Shown: in pieces, positions 45,560-45,609 of the stretch
How the letters are laid out: the number at the start of each line of letters is the position of its first letter
Numbering within the stretch: position 1 is the first letter of the stretch
Assembly: GCA_040879785.1 (NCBI GenBank)
Contig: JBBDJR010000004.1
Coordinates: forward strand, 80,778-126,386
Length of the DNA: 45,609 nt
Direction: 5' to 3'
DNA from: Candidatus Pacearchaeota archaeon
GTDB taxonomy: Archaea; Nanobdellota; Nanobdellia; Pacearchaeales; GW2011-AR1
Notes under the pieces: generated by a model
Databases searched by the model: none
The model's input: the letters and a program-made list of their open reading frames with translations, nothing else
What the model was told of the DNA's origin: nothing
Made by a program: the position numbers and the translations under genes

Positions 45560-45609
45560 TGAGAAGAAATCTCCATCCTTTAGGATGGAGTGAGTCCCTC
45601 CCCACTAGT
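45560..45609 (+). mobile_element. Probable left end of a second IS200/IS605-family element (runs off the window)
   Basis: TTAAT...gaaat followed by the hairpin ctccatcct-tt-aggatggag (45571-45590), the same layout as at 44775-44816. Confidence 0.55.

Noticed and set aside
1-45609. CRISPR array, tRNA/rRNA genes, diversity-generating retroelement
   Set aside because: No regularly spaced repeats, no recognisable cloverleaf or rRNA, and no reverse transcriptase were seen. Paralog differences include indels and are not evidently adenine-specific. This was a visual scan only.

Overview
Archaeal genome segment, most consistent with a DPANN lineage such as Pacearchaeota or Woesearchaeota (an inference from gene content and style). 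About 1-23.5 kb is mostly housekeeping: the exosome/proteasome superoperon (rrp41 partial, rrp4, SBDS, psmA, pop5), RNase J, mre11-rad50, oligoendopeptidase F, psmB-aCPSF1, a presenilin-like protease, TrmB, CCA-adding enzyme, oapABC and a large PKD protein. About 24-45.6 kb is a mosaic accessory island. It holds two apparent RiPP (modified peptide) clusters: an uncalled 49-aa peptide + ChaN/TIKI-like protein + RRE-ThiF enzyme, and a 70-aa Cys/Ser-core peptide + YcaO + SagB-type dehydrogenase + DUF2268 protease. It also holds a six-gene nucleotidyltransferase/kinase/Nudix/sulfotransferase/PRTase operon, a Nudix-NTase-Nudix module, a Fic gene, paralogous surface proteins (two with a bacterial T9SS-CTD-like domain) and an IS200-type tnpA interrupted by a 43-bp hairpin. 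The modules are joined at short direct repeats made of promoter blocks and orphan gene 3' ends, several of them near-identical, which suggests cassette shuffling. All calls come from motif recognition by eye; no searches were run.
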